Shown here: positions 12,050 through 24,639 of the stretch, piece after piece
How the letters are laid out: every line of letters starts with the position of its first letter
Position numbering within the stretch: the first letter of the stretch is position 1
NCBI GenBank assembly: GCA_024679065.1
Contig: JAGIQG010000012.1
Coordinates: 87,358,001-87,422,000 of the forward strand
Reading direction: 5' to 3'
DNA from: Sphyrna mokarran
Lineage: Eukaryota
Length of the DNA: 64,000 nt
Program-made: the position numbers and the translations under genes
The notes under the pieces: generated by a model
Told to the model about the DNA's origin: nothing
Seen by the model: the letters and a program-made list of their open reading frames with translations, nothing else
Databases searched by the model: none

Positions 12050-14238
12050 CTGATGAACAGAGGGATCTTGGTGTATATGTGCATAGATCCCTGAAAGTTG
12101 GCAATCAAGTCGATAAGGTTGTTAAGAAGGCATATGGAGTCTTAGCTTTTATTGGTAGGGGGATTGAATTTTGGAGCTGCAACGTCATGTTGCAACTGTA
12201 CAAAACTCTAGTGCGGCCGCACTTGGAGTATTGTGTACAGTTCTGGTCCCTACATTATAAGAAAGATGTGGAGGCATTGGAGAGGGTACAGAGGAGGTTT
12301 ACCAGGATGTTGCCTGGTATGGAGGGCAGGTCTTATGAAGACAGGCTGAGGGATTGGTTACGATTGGTGAGCGTCGTTGGTTACGGGTGTGGTTCCGGAG
12401 GACTAGAGGATAGCGAATGTGGTCCCATTGTTCAAGAACAGGAAGAGAGACCTTCCAGGGAATTATAGGCCAGTGAGTCTTACTTCTGTTGTGGGCAAAG
12501 TATTGGAGAGAATTATTAGGGATAGGATTTATAGTTATTTAGAGAGAAATGAATTGATTGGGATAGTCAGCATGGTTTCGTGAAGGGTAGGTCATGCCTT
12601 ACTAACCTCATTGAGTTTTTTGAGAAAGTGACCAGAGAGGTGGATGGGGGTAAGGCGGTTGATGTAGTATATATGGACTTTAGTAAGGCTTTTGATAAGG
12701 TGGACCATGGAAGACTTCTACAGAAAATGCAGATGTGTGGAATAGAGGGTGATTTATCTAATTGGATTAGGAATTGGCTGGCAGATAGAAGACAGAGGGT
12801 GGTGGTTGATGGGAGATATTCATCGTGGAGTTCGGTGACAAGTGGTGTACCTCAGGGGTCTGTTTTGGGGCCCCTGCTGTTGTAATTTTTATAAATGATC
12901 TGGATGAGGGTATTGAAGGATGGATTAGTAAATTTGCAGATGACACTAAAGTCGGTGGAGTGGTAAATAGTGAAGAGGGGCGTTATAGTTTGCAGAGGGA
13001 CTTGGACAAGTTGCAGAGCTGGGCCGAGAGGTGGCAAATGGAGTTTAATGTGGAACAGTGTGAGGTAATGCACTTTGGCAGGAATAATAAATGTGTAGAG
13101 TATAGGGCTAATGGTAGGATTCTTAATAGTGTTGATGAACAGAGGGATCTTGATGTATATGTGCATAGACCCCTGAAAGTAGGCAGTCAAGTCGATAAGG
13201 TTGTTAAGAAGGCATATGGAATCTTAGCTTTTATTGGTAGGGGGATTGAATTTCGGAGCCGCAACGTCATGTTGCAACTGGACAAAACTCTAGTGCGGCC
13301 GCACTTGGAGTATTGTGTGCAGTTCTGGTCCCCACATTATAAGAAAGATGTGAGGCATTGGAGAGGGTACAGAGGAGGTTTACCAGGATGTTGCCTGGTA
13401 TGGAGGGCAGTTCTTATGAAGAGAGGCTGAGGGATTTGAGGTTGTTTTCGTTAGAAAGGAGGAGGCTAAGAGGGGACCTAATCGAAACATATAAGATGAT
13501 TAGAGGTTTAGATAGGGTGGACAGTGATAGCCTTTTTCCTAGGATGGAGAAGCTAGCACGAGGGGACACAGCTTTAAATTAAGGGGTGATAGTTATAGGA
13601 CGGATATCAGAGGTAGGTTCTTTACCCAAAGGTTGGTTCGGGAGTGGAATGCCCTGCCTGCAGCAGTTGTAGATGCGCCAAGTTTGGTGGCGTTTAAGAG
13701 GTTAGTGGATAAGTATATGGAAGAGAAGGGAATGGTTTAGTTTGGAGGGGCATTGCTTTTTTATATTGGTCGGCACAACATCGAAGGCCGAAGGGCCTGT
13801 TCTGTGCTGTATTGTTCTATGTTCTATGTTCTATGATTTGAGGTTGTTTTCGTTAGAAAGGAGGCGGCTAAGAGGGGATCTTATTGAAGCATATAAGATG
13901 ATTAGAGGTTTAGATAGTGTGGACAGTGATAGCCTTTTTCCTAGGATGGAGAAAGCTAGCACGAGGGGACATAGCTTTAAATTAAGGGGTGGTAGTTATA
14001 GGACGGATGTCAGAGGTAGGTTCTTTACCCAGAGGGTGGTAAGGGTATGGAATGCCCTGCCTGCTGCAGTTGTAGATGTGCCAAGTTTGGGGGTGTTTAA
14101 GAGGTCCGTTGATAGGTTTATGGATGAAAAGGGAATGGTTTGGTTAGAGGGTCATTGCTTTTTCTTAATTGGTCGGCGCAACATCAAGGGCCGAAGGGCC
14201 TGTTCTGCGCTGTAATGTTCTATGTTCTATGTTCTATG
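12050..14238 (+). mobile_element. Head-to-tail concatenate of three young CR1 fragments
   Basis: RT C-terminal peptides repeat at 12079, 12825-13582 and 13835-14215; two (TTCTATG)n tails at about 13815-13835 and 14215-14238. Confidence 0.9.
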
Positions 14239-14857
14239 TAACTAACAGGTCCAGCCCCTTGTAACATCAGTAATTTCTCTGGAAGAGCAACTTTTCAACT
14301 CTCTGCCTCAGCCAACACAGAAATATTCTGGAGTTTAACGTACAGGACCAGTAACACAATATGTATGACATTTATATACAATATGTAATTTGGACAGAAT
14401 TAAAAGTGTTTTGTAGCTAAAACCTAAACAATAGCAGTAGGAGTTGGCCATTCAGCCCATTGAACCTGCTATCCCATTCAATACAATCATGACTGATCAC
14501 CCAGTTCAATTCCAGCTTCCTTCACTATCTCCCTATTCTTTAATTCATTTATTATCGCAAATATTCCTGTCTAGGTTCCTGTAAGAAGCTGCAACACACA
14601 AAAAAAGGCCTTGGATCGGGAAGGTGGAATGTGTTGATTCCAGTTGGGAGAGATAGCGGCTTGTCTCAACTGGCTTTGGAATTTTTACAATCCGTTTTCA
14701 GGACATGGGCATTGCTGACTCGATCCCGCATTTATTGCCCATCCGTAAATGCCCCTTGAGAAGGTGATGGTGAGCTGCCTTCTGGAACTGCTGCAGTCTA
14801 TGTTCTATGTAACTAACAGGTCCCGCCCCTTGTAACATCAGTAATCACTGTGGAAAT

Positions 14858-15378
14858 TCCGCACTTGGAGTATTGCGTACAGTTCTGGTCGCCGCATTAT
14901 AAGAAAGATGTGGAAGCATTGGAAAGGGTACAGAGGAGGTTTACCAGGATGTTGCCTGGTACGGTGGGAAGGCCTTATGAGGAAAGGCTGAGGGACCCGA
15001 GGTTATTTTCATTAGAGAGAAGAAGGTTACGCGGTGACCTAATTGAGGCGTATAAGATGATCAAGGGATTGGATAGGGTGGATAGTGAAAGCCTTTTTCC
15101 TCGGATGGTGATGACCAACACGAGGGGACATAACTTTAAATTAAGAGGTGGTAGTTTTAGGACGGATGTCAGAGGCAGGTTCTTTACACAGAGGGTGGTG
15201 AGGGCGTGGAATGCCCTGCCTGCAGCAGTTGTGGACTCGCCTACTTTTGGGGCATTCAAATGTTCGGTGGATAGGCATATGGATGATATTGGAATTGTTT
15301 AGGTTAGAGGGTCCACTGGCCGGCGCAACATCGAGGGCCGAAGGGCCTGTACTGCGCTGTAATGTTCTATGTTCTATG
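14858..15378 (+). mobile_element. CR1 3' fragment
   Basis: HLEYCVQFWSPHY..RGDLIE peptide and TTCTATG tail. Confidence 0.9.
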
Positions 15379-15712
15379 TCTCTGTGGTGAAGGTGCTTGA
15401 GATGTAAAAAATCCCAGGGCAATATTTGGAAGGTTGGAGCGGAGTCATCCTTTAATATCTGGGTGACATTTATCCCTAAACAACATTATCACAGCCCATT
15501 ATCAGGTCACTGTCACATTTCTCTTTGTGGGATCTTGCTTTGTACAAATTAGCAGCTGTCGATAAAAAGCACATCCCAACAGCCTGTGACTATCTTCCAG
15601 AGAGAGAAAGAAACCGTTCAATTAAAAATAACTCCATTCGATCTGTTCACAGAGACATTCCTTTGTTGCGTTTGGAGAATATTTAGTGATGAATGTTTCT
15701 ATTGGATTTCAG

Positions 15713-15835
15713 ACCGGTGAAGGGGAATGTAGTTATGTCGAACTTCAGTTCCACGGTCAAGACAGAAAGCAGCCGAGAGTAAGAGTTGCTGAGAGTCCCA
15801 CAGAGTATTCCACTGTGAAACACATTCACAACTGA
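15713..15835 (+). CDS. Gene A terminal exon with ITIM-like and ITSM motifs (TGEGECSYVELQFHGQDRKQPRVRVAESPTEYSTVKHIHN*)
   Basis: ttggatttcAG acceptor, phase 0 (matches the donor at 7055), open to TGA at 15833-15835. Contains SYVELQF and TEYSTV (TxYxxV). Confidence 0.75.
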   Translation, partial: TGEGECSYVELQFHGQDRKQPRVRVAESPTEYSTVKHIHN

Positions 15836-16264
15836 AAACAAAACAACAAGACAAAGTCATCACAAGGTCCAGCTCCCTCTTGAACATTTCTAACGAACCG
15901 GCTCCAACAGCTTTCTGTGGGAGAGAATTCCACAGGTTCACAACTCTCTGAGTGAAGAAATTCTTCCCCATCTCAATCCTGAATAGTTCATCCCTTATTC
16001 TTAGACTGTGACCCCTAATTCTGGACCTCCCCAACGTCAGGAACATTCTCCCCCCAATCCAGCCTGTCCAGTCCCATCAGGATTTTATTTGTTTCCAATT
16101 TGTGGCTTTCATCAAAACACATCCTTCAGGATTTACAACTTTAAAGCAGGAGGAGCCATTCGGCCCCTCGACCCTGCTCCATAATAAGGAAAAGTCGTTA
16201 AGTTTTATAAATCCTAAAAGTGTGGACAATATGAAAGACAGGAAAGAATTTATATTTAGAGAAA

Positions 16265-16990
16265 GCTAAGAACAAAGAAAAGTACAGCGCGGAACAGGCC
16301 CTTCAGCCCCCAAGCCTGTGCCAATCATGTGCCTGAATGAAACTAAAAAATACCTCCTGCCCTCCCTCGAACCATATCCCTCTATTCCCTGCCTAGTCAC
16401 GTACCCATCCAGATGTCTCTTAAATGTTGTTAATGTGCCTGCTTCTATCACCACCTCCGGTAGCATGTTCCAGGCACCCACCACTCACTGTGTGAAAAAC
16501 TTCCCTTGCACATTTCCCTTAAACTTTCCCCCTCTCACCTTGAACCAGAGCCCCCCTCCCCCTCTCCCAACTTGCAATTGATACTTCCAGCCTTGGAAAA
16601 AATCTCTGACTATTCACCCTATCTGTTCCTCTCATTATTTTGTAGACCTCTATCAGGTCTCCCCTCAGCCTCTGTCTTTCCACTGAAAACAATCCCAGTC
16701 TATTCAATTTCTCCACACAGCCAACAACCCTCAAAACCAGGCAACTTCCTGGTGAATGTTCTTTGCACTCTCTGCAAAGCTTCCGTGTCCTTCTGGTAGT
16801 GCGGCGAATGCAACTGCACGCAATACTCCAAACACAGACGAAACAAGGTTTTAGAGATGCTACATGAATCCCAACTCTTGTACTCAATGCCCCGGCTGAT
16901 TAAGACAAGGAGGCCATGAGCCTTCTTCATCACCTCAGCCACCTGTGTTGCCAATTTAAGGGAACTGTGGACCTGTACGCCCAAATCCAA
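16265..16990 (-). mobile_element. Degenerate CR1 3' fragment
   Basis: LEYCVQL..RLRGDLIEVYK and VGAWNMLP peptides. Confidence 0.85.
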
Positions 16991-17189
16991 CTTATCCCAG
17001 AAAAGTTCCAAGGAAAGCTGAGGACAGTGGAATTGAAGATGAATGGGAGAAAGGATCTGTAAGAATCTGGAATGCATTGCCTGGGAAGATAGTGGAAGCC
17101 AAAAACCTTGAAAAAATACTTGGATGAGCATTTGAAATATCCTAACATTCCAGGATATGGGACCAGAGCCAGAAAATGGGATTGGTGTG

Positions 17190-17980
17190 ACAATATTCAG
17201 TCTTGGGTTGACAAGTGATAAGTAACATTCACATCACACAGGTGCCAGGCAAAGAGAACATCTAACCATCTCGCCTTGGCATTCAATGGCATCACCATCA
17301 CTGAATCTCCAACCATCAACATCATGGAGGTGACCACTCAGCAGGTACTGAACTGGACAGGCCTTATCAATACTGTGATCACCAGAGCAGGTCAGAGAGT
17401 GGGAATTTTATAAATAGGAAATCGCCTCCTAATTCTCCAAAATCTTTCCACCAACTACAAGTCACAAATCAGGAATGTGATTAAATACTCCCCATTTGCC
17501 TGGATTGGTGCAATTCCAACAACACACAAGAAGCTCGACACCATCCAGGAAAAAGCAGCCCCGCTTGATTGGCATCACATCTACAAACATTCAAACCCTC
17601 CACCACCGACACTCAATGCACACGGCTGCTACTATCTACAAAACACTCAACAGCAATTCACCAAGAATCCTTTAACAGCACCTTCCAAACCCACGACCAT
17701 TTCCATCTGAAAGGACAAGGACAGCAGATACCTGGGAACACGACCACCTGCAAGTTCTCCTCCAGGTCACTCACCATCCTGACTTGGAAATATATCATAG
17801 TGGTTGGGTCACAATCCTGGAATTCCCTCCCTAAGAGCATTGAGGGTTAACCCACAGAACATTGACTGCAGCGATTCAAGAAGGCAGCTCACCACCACCT
17901 TCTCAATGGGCAACTAGGGATGGACAATAAATGCTGACCAGCCAATGATACCCATCTCCTGTGAATGAATCAAAAAAAAA
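17190..17980 (+). mobile_element. Degenerate LINE of a second CR1/L2-clade family (related copies at 31040-32060 on -, 43260-44075 on +)
   Basis: Shared peptide YSPxAWIGA.PTTHKKLDTIQ and a shared 3' end with A-tail. The 31816-32049 copy has QGSVLGPTIF. Confidence 0.75.
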
Positions 17981-18227
17981 TCCCACCACTCTTCCTTATT
18001 ATTCCTTAACTTTCCCTTAACTGTATCGATGCCAATCGTATCAATGAGGAAATGGAGCAGGTTTTAAATCATTTATATTTGTATTTGTGGGGATTTGCAA
18101 TAAATTCTCGCTTCAATTCAGCTTCATTCTGTGATTCTGTATTTGTGCTAAAAGGATTAAATCTTCAATTTTAGTTTCATTTTTAAAAGTTGCTTGCAAG
18201 TCTGTAGCACGGTTTAAATGTCTGTAT

Positions 18228-19645
18228 TGTAATGATGGTTTTATAATGTTAAAGCAAATGCAGGGTTAAATAAAGAGGCAATTGCTCAGTAACCAGGAGC
18301 CACACACAGACAGTCAGAGCAGTTAGTTCCATTGAAAGAAAGGAACCCAGGAGTAAGCAACTCTCTCAGGAACTGCTGGAAAATGTGGGACAATGCACAG
18401 CGACAGAAAGGAATAAACAGGGTGGATTCTCGAAGGCTATTTCCCAGGGCTGAAATGGTCGCTATGAGAGGACACAGATTTAAGGTGCTGGAGGCAAGTA
18501 CAGAGGAGATGTTAGAGGTAACTTTTTCACTCAGAGGGTGGTGAGTGAATGGAATCGCTTGCTCTCAGTGGTGGTAGAGGCAAACTCGCTGGGATCTTTT
18601 AACAGAATTCTGGATGAATACATGGGATTTAATGGGATTGGGAGTTACAGATAGTTCTATGGCCTGGTAGGTATGGGTATGATCAGAACAACTTGTGGGC
18701 CGAAGGACCTGTTTGTGCTGTAGTGTTCTATGTTCTATGTAAAGCTAGCCCCAAGCTAAAGAACAGAAAGTCCTCACGTCCAGGGAATGGGACAAAACGG
18801 AGTTCCAGGAAAAATGTGAAGATAAAGGAATGAAGAATAGAAATCTGGGAAAAGGTTGTGTTCAGTGAAGTCAAGAGTAGAGAGAGAGGCTCCAAGTTAA
18901 AGACAGGGCTGCAGGGTACAGACCTGGGGCATGTCAGCTTGTGGAAGGTTGGTAACAAGTTAGTGCAGCCTGTGAAGCAGTTGTGTTCTGTTGGCACAAC
19001 TGGGCACCTGAGAGAGTGTGTGGGAGGTGAAGCTGGATGCATGTGGCAATCCTGGGCAGAGGAATCCCAGAAGGAGAGATTGAAATCCTGGAGGTAGATC
19101 CTTGGTGATGTTATCGAGTAAAAGCATCATTTGGGAGAAGATTCTTCAAGAGCAGTGATTGGAAATCCTCATGTGAAAGTCAGGGAGCCAGTGAGGCCAA
19201 TTGACTCATAGCATGATTACCATTGGTGGGAGGAGGGGGGAGGGGGAATTTGGGGTTGGGGGGTAGAATGGATGAGAAATCAACAGAAATTGTTTTGTTG
19301 GTATCTCTCACTTAATTTCAGAGTGTGGGATGTCCGATCGCAACTTTTCTCTTGGTTTATATGGACTGTGTGCTTACTGAGTATATTCGAGTTTATGACT
19401 GGATTTAGTAACTTGTGTTATCGCTAACAATCTATACATATCTGTAAAAGTCTAGCTGGGTGAAGGAATAGTGTGTTATAGCCAATCTGTTCTTGAATAA
19501 ATGTTTGATCTTTTGTTCAGAGTTGATTGGCAGTCCTGTGACTCTGTTCAGCAGCTCCATCCATGGATCGAAATAAAAAATCCATCAAACCAGCTTCCAC
19601 CCTGGCCTCTGACTTGTTCAGCAGTGACATCAGCTGCATGGGAAC
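18228..19645 (+). mobile_element. Possible solo LTR (paralog at about 44325-48200, split by CR1)
   Basis: Begins TGTAAT, ends AACA, with an internal AATAAA at about 19496. No clear TSD, so the assignment is inferential. Confidence 0.35.
18411..18740 (+). mobile_element. CR1 3' fragment specific to the first repeat unit
   Basis: Flanked by an AAAG duplication. The empty site GACAGAAAGCTAG is present at about 44498-44510. Confidence 0.9.
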
Positions 19646-21197
19646 ACTTGAGCCACTTGCTGTGAGTTCCACATTCTGACCACTCTCTGGGGAAAGATCT
19701 TTCTTCTCAATTTCTCATTAGATTGATCAGTGACTATCTGATATCGATGCTCTCTCTTTTCATTCTTCTCCACAAATGCAGACTCTCTCTGTCCCGCTAT
19801 CAAAACCTTCCATCATTTTAAACATCTCCATGAGATCACTCATGTCCTTCAGGGAAGGAAATCTGCCGTCCTTACCCAGTCTGGCCTACATGTGACTCCA
19901 GAGCCACAGCAATGTGGTTGAGTCTGAACAATGCCTGCTGAAATGGAGGGGAGTTAGTGATGGGTAATAAATGCTGGCCCAGCCACTGACACCCACATCA
20001 CGTGAATGAATTTGCAAATAATCATTTGTCTTCTGTTTGCAAGAGAAAAGAACCCAGCCTAATTATCTTTTCCTGATTGGAATAATTTCCAGTCTTGGTT
20101 GATCTTTGTAAATCCTCTTTGTACTTTCTTCAAAGTCTCTCCATCTTCTTTCTAAAATATTGACCAGAAATGTAAACTGTGGTCTAAATGGTGAGGAAGT
20201 GAGGATTGATAACAGCTCAATGAAACGTCATGACTTTTCAATCCTATCCCTCAAGACATAAAAACTCAGCCTTTGTTTTGTTTTTGTGATGATCTTATTG
20301 GTCTGTGCTATTCCTGTCAGTGATCTGTGTGTTTATTCTCCCAGATCCTCCCATATCTATTTGCATTCGACATTTCCAAACAATCTGAACTCCTTATTTT
20401 CCGTTCCAAAATGGAATATCGATGTCAAAGTGAATTTTCCAATAATTATTCTGTGATGTCAATGTATTCATGACCTCCTGTAAACCATTCCACACAACAT
20501 TGATTCTCACTATCACCAACCTGCCATCATGCTCGGGTTTAGGGATTGAAGAATTGAAGAATGTCTCTGTGAAATTGTAAACCACATCTCCATCTGAGAC
20601 AGAGAAGTTCTGAATAGTATATTGTATAATCATCAGCAAAGTGATGGGAGAGGTCATCAACAGTGTAATCAAGAGGCACTAACTCAGCAATAACCTACTC
20701 ACGGACACTCAGTTTGAGTTTTGCCCAGGGTCACTCAGCTCCTGACCTCATTACAGCCTTGGTTCAAACATGGATAAAAGAGCTGGACTCCAGAGGTGAG
20801 AGTGACTGCCCTCGACATCAAGGCAGCATTTGACTGAGTGTGGATTCAAGGAGCCCGAGTGAAACTGGAGTCGATGGGAATCAAAGGCAGGGATTTTCCG
20901 CTCCCGTTCTGTTCCAGTGAGCGTTAAAGGACAATGGGAGATTGAGAGTTGTCCGCTGTGTGTTACACTCTGGATGGAGCGATGGTAAGCACCAATCACT
21001 CACCATCCTTAAAATCTTACCCTAGGATGTGTGTAAATGAGATCCCCTCCCATCCTTCCAAATTCCAGACAATACAGGCCCAATCGACCCAATCTCTCCT
21101 CATATGACAATATCACCATCTCAGCAATCAGTCTGGTGAACCTTCTCTGTTCTCCCTCTCTGACAACGAAATCCTTTCTTAGATAAGCAGACCAAGT

Positions 21198-23550
21198 ATT
21201 GGGCGAGGAGCTGGCAAATGGAGTATAATGTTAGCAAATGTGAGGTTATCCACTTTGGCAGAAATAGTAGTAGGAGGGATTATTATTTAAAAGGTGAAAA
21301 GCTGCAGCATGTTACGGTGCAGAGGGATCTGGGGGTCCTTGTGCACGAATTGCAAAAACCCAGTCTGCAGATGCAGCAGGTGATTAAGAAGGTGAATGGG
21401 ATGTTGGCCTTTATAGTGAGGGGGATAGAATATAAAAGTAGGGAGGTCTTGCTACAACTGTGCAGAGCACTGATGAGGTCACAACTGGAGTACTGTGAGC
21501 AGTTTTGGTCACCACATTTGCAAAAGTATATATTGGCCTTGGAAGGAGTGCAGAGAAGGTTCATCAGGCTGATAGCGGAGATGAGGGGGTTAGCCTATGA
21601 AGAAAGATTGAATAGACTGCGTCTGTACTCTTTGGAGTTTTGAAGGCTGCGAGGGGATCTTATAGAGACTTACAAGATAATGAAGGGGATGGATAGAGTA
21701 GAGGTAGAGAGATTCTTCCCACTTAGAAAGGATAGCAGGACTAGAGGGCACAGCCTCAAAATAAGGGTGGACGGGGGCGCAGTTTAGATCAGAGTTGAGG
21801 AGGTACTTTTTTACTCAAACGGTGGTGAATCTCCGGAATTCTCTGCCCATGGAAGTGGCAGAGGTTCCTCGCTGAATATATTTAAGTCACAGGTAGATAG
21901 ATTTCTGATAGACAAGGGAATTGAGGGTGATGGGGACAAAGTGGGAAAGTGGGACTGATCCATGTCAGATCAGCCATGATCTTATTAAATGGCAGGGCAG
22001 GCTCGAGGGGCTGGATGGCCTACTCCTGCTCCTATTTCTTATGTTCTAATCTTCTTGTCTTTTTATGTTCTTATGAGCCACTGTTCTGCTCAATCCCACC
22101 TTCAGCCCCACCTTTCAGGCCATTGTCATCAGTAAAATCCTCTCTCTCCCCATGGTTATTACCCTTGGGATGAACCCACCTCACTCCCTTCAATCCAAGG
22201 CTCACAGATAGCAACGGCTCCAACTGCTTTCACCAATCATTGGCATCATTGGATGGGCCACTCAGGCACCATCAGGCCCTGCTATCCCCTCCCAAAACCA
22301 TTTGCTACTCCAGCATCATCCTGGAATGTAAAGGAAGCTCTTTCCATCTTTTCTCCAATCATCAACATCCCCTTACATCCCTCTCCTGTCAACCCACAGG
22401 CTCATGTCAAAACTCTCTCGGGGTTCAGTTGGGGTCTGTAGTTTCCGTGTGTCTCCCCTCATCTCTCTCCCCTCCCCCCCGGTTTGGGTCCTGCATTGCA
22501 GAGTATTATGAATGATCACAGCATCCCCAGCAGTGGCAATGCTCCTATAGTTTAGCTTTAAATGGTACTAAATACTCTGGATGTCAGGCTCCAGCTGATA
22601 TGAGGAGCCAATGAACAGCGCAGTTAGAGCAGGCTGACCACAGAAACCACGGCAATGAGCAGCGAGAAAAAGTGAATGTTCTGCTTCCATCTTGGTGAAT
22701 GGGTGTGGGTTAAACACACACTTCATTGTAAAAGATTGTCAAAAGATACAGCACGATAGAGATCAGCTGCAGATATGGGTGGAGAAATGGCAGATGGAGT
22801 TTAATCCAGGTAAGTGTGAGGTGCTGCACTTTGGGTAATCAAGTGTTAAGGGTAAGTATACAGTTAATGGCAGGACCCTGAACAGCACTGATGTACAGAG
22901 GGATCTTGGAGTCCAAGACCATCGCTCCCTGAAAGTGACCACACATGGTGATAGACTGGTAAAGAAGGTGAATGTCATTATTGGTCGGGGCATTAAGTAC
23001 AAGGGTCAGGGAATCATATTGCAGTTTATAAAACTTTGGTGAGGCCACACTGAGAGACTTGCATTCAGTTCTATTTGCCACATTACAGGAAGGATGTGGA
23101 TGCTTTGGAAAGGATACAGAAGAGGTTTACCAGGATGTTGCCTGGATTAGAGGCAATGAGCTATAAGGAAAGGCTGGACAAACTAGGCTTGTTTTCGAGG
23201 GAGCGGCGGAGGCTGAGGGGAGACCTGATAGAATTCTATAAAATGATGAGAGGTATAGATAGGGTTGGCAGTCAGAATCCTTTTCCCAGAGTTAAAATGT
23301 TTAATACGAGGGGACACGGTCTTAACGTGAGAGAGGGTGAAAGTTCACAGGAGATGTGAGGTACGAGTTTTTTCCACAGAGAGTGGGAGGTGTCTGGAAC
23401 ATGCTGCCAGGGGTAGTAGTGGAAACAGAGACGATGGGGAGGTTTAAGGGGCTTTTAGAGAAGCACATGAATCTGCAAGGAATAGTGGGATATGGAGCAA
23501 GGACAGGAGAAAGGGATGAGTTTAATTTGGCCTCATGTTCAGCACAACAT
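21198..23550 (+). mobile_element. Two degenerate CR1 3' fragments (about 21198-22075 and 22725-23550)
   Basis: KCEVIHFG, QRDLGVLVH, LEYC and RGDLIE peptides. Confidence 0.85.
22075..22722 (+). repeat. About 650-bp segment present three times (also about 26335-26980 and 51345-51990)
   Basis: ORF-track peptides 22240/26498/51509 are nearly identical. Confidence 0.9.
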
Positions 23551-24639
23551 CCTGAGTTGATTTCAGATCGTTACATTACAGGGAGGATGTTGTGTGTGGA
23601 ACCCAGGAATGTGTTGCTATGTTAAGGGTGCTACACAAATGCAAAGCATTGTTGTTCATTGGAGGCCTGTTTCCATGCTGTAAATCTCTACGACTCTACA
23701 TCTCTAACACCTTCTTTATACTTTAACATTCCCATTAACATTTCATTTCTCTTATATTCCTGATATCTTTCTCAATCTCTCCTTAGCTCTGACCTATCGC
23801 TGACCTTCTATTCTACTCCACCTCCTCCACCTCCCTCTCCAACTCTCTCGTTCATCACATTTCTATCCTTCAGTTCTGTAGAAGAGTCACACAGACTCAA
23901 AACATTAACTCTGCTTCTCTCTCCACAGACGCTGCCAGACCTGCTGAGTTTATCCAGCACTTTCTGTTTTAATTAGAAATTACAGTTTGTTTTGCATAAA
24001 CATTGAGAGTTTTATGGTGAACATTATTGGCACAGGCTTTGTGTTCATTTTTATTGAATAAAAACAGAAATGGAATTGAATTCCTGAGTTGTGTTATGGA
24101 TTTTTACTAACAGATATTTCCTGCAGTCGTGTGTGGAACCCTGAGAATGTGTTGCTAAGTTAAGGGTGCTATACAAATGCAGGGTTTTGTTGCTGATTGT
24201 AGTTTGCACCAATCTGTCAATCAGCTTTTGCATTTTGACCTTATATGGGTTTGAAATGTGATGTGAGTGAAGATAGAGATTGATAAATGGACAAACAAAA
24301 ATAAGGTGTTGGAGCTGTGGTTTGTGAGTTCTCTTACTATTTTTAAATCACTAATAAAACCAATCTTCAATAAAATATCCAGTTCACTGATCATTGCAAT
24401 CTGCCTCTCTGGAATCCAGCTGATTCACTGAAAAGTTTTCAAAATGCCTAATGGTAGCCTGTGAATATTTAAGATGATAAAGCAATCACACTCCAGACAA
24501 CTCGAAATAGCTGCACAATCATGTGTTCTGGGCAACTCCTTCACTGCAGTAGAAATGACAAATGGTGTGAGTTTTCAGTCTGAGAGAGGCTGCTGCCCCT
24601 GATAAGCGTAGATACTGTAAGGAATAAGTCTGTATTTTT

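Larger units (their letters stand above)
17190..20720 (+). repeat. Segmental duplication block 2 (copy at about 43260-49260, differing by CR1 insertions)
   Basis: Direct sequence comparison; matching ORF-track peptides 18858/44620 and 20394/48949. Confidence 0.92.

Noticed and set aside
14575-14623. Possible gene A exon VPVRSCNTQKKALDRE
   Set aside because: The acceptor is plausible, but the donor GTGGAA is weak and the 49-bp length does not keep frame into the phase-0 terminal exon without another exon I could not find.
20358-20368. Octamer ATTTGCAT (also about 48914) as an Ig-type promoter element
   Set aside because: It lies in decayed repeat-like sequence several kb from the leaders and is likely a chance match.
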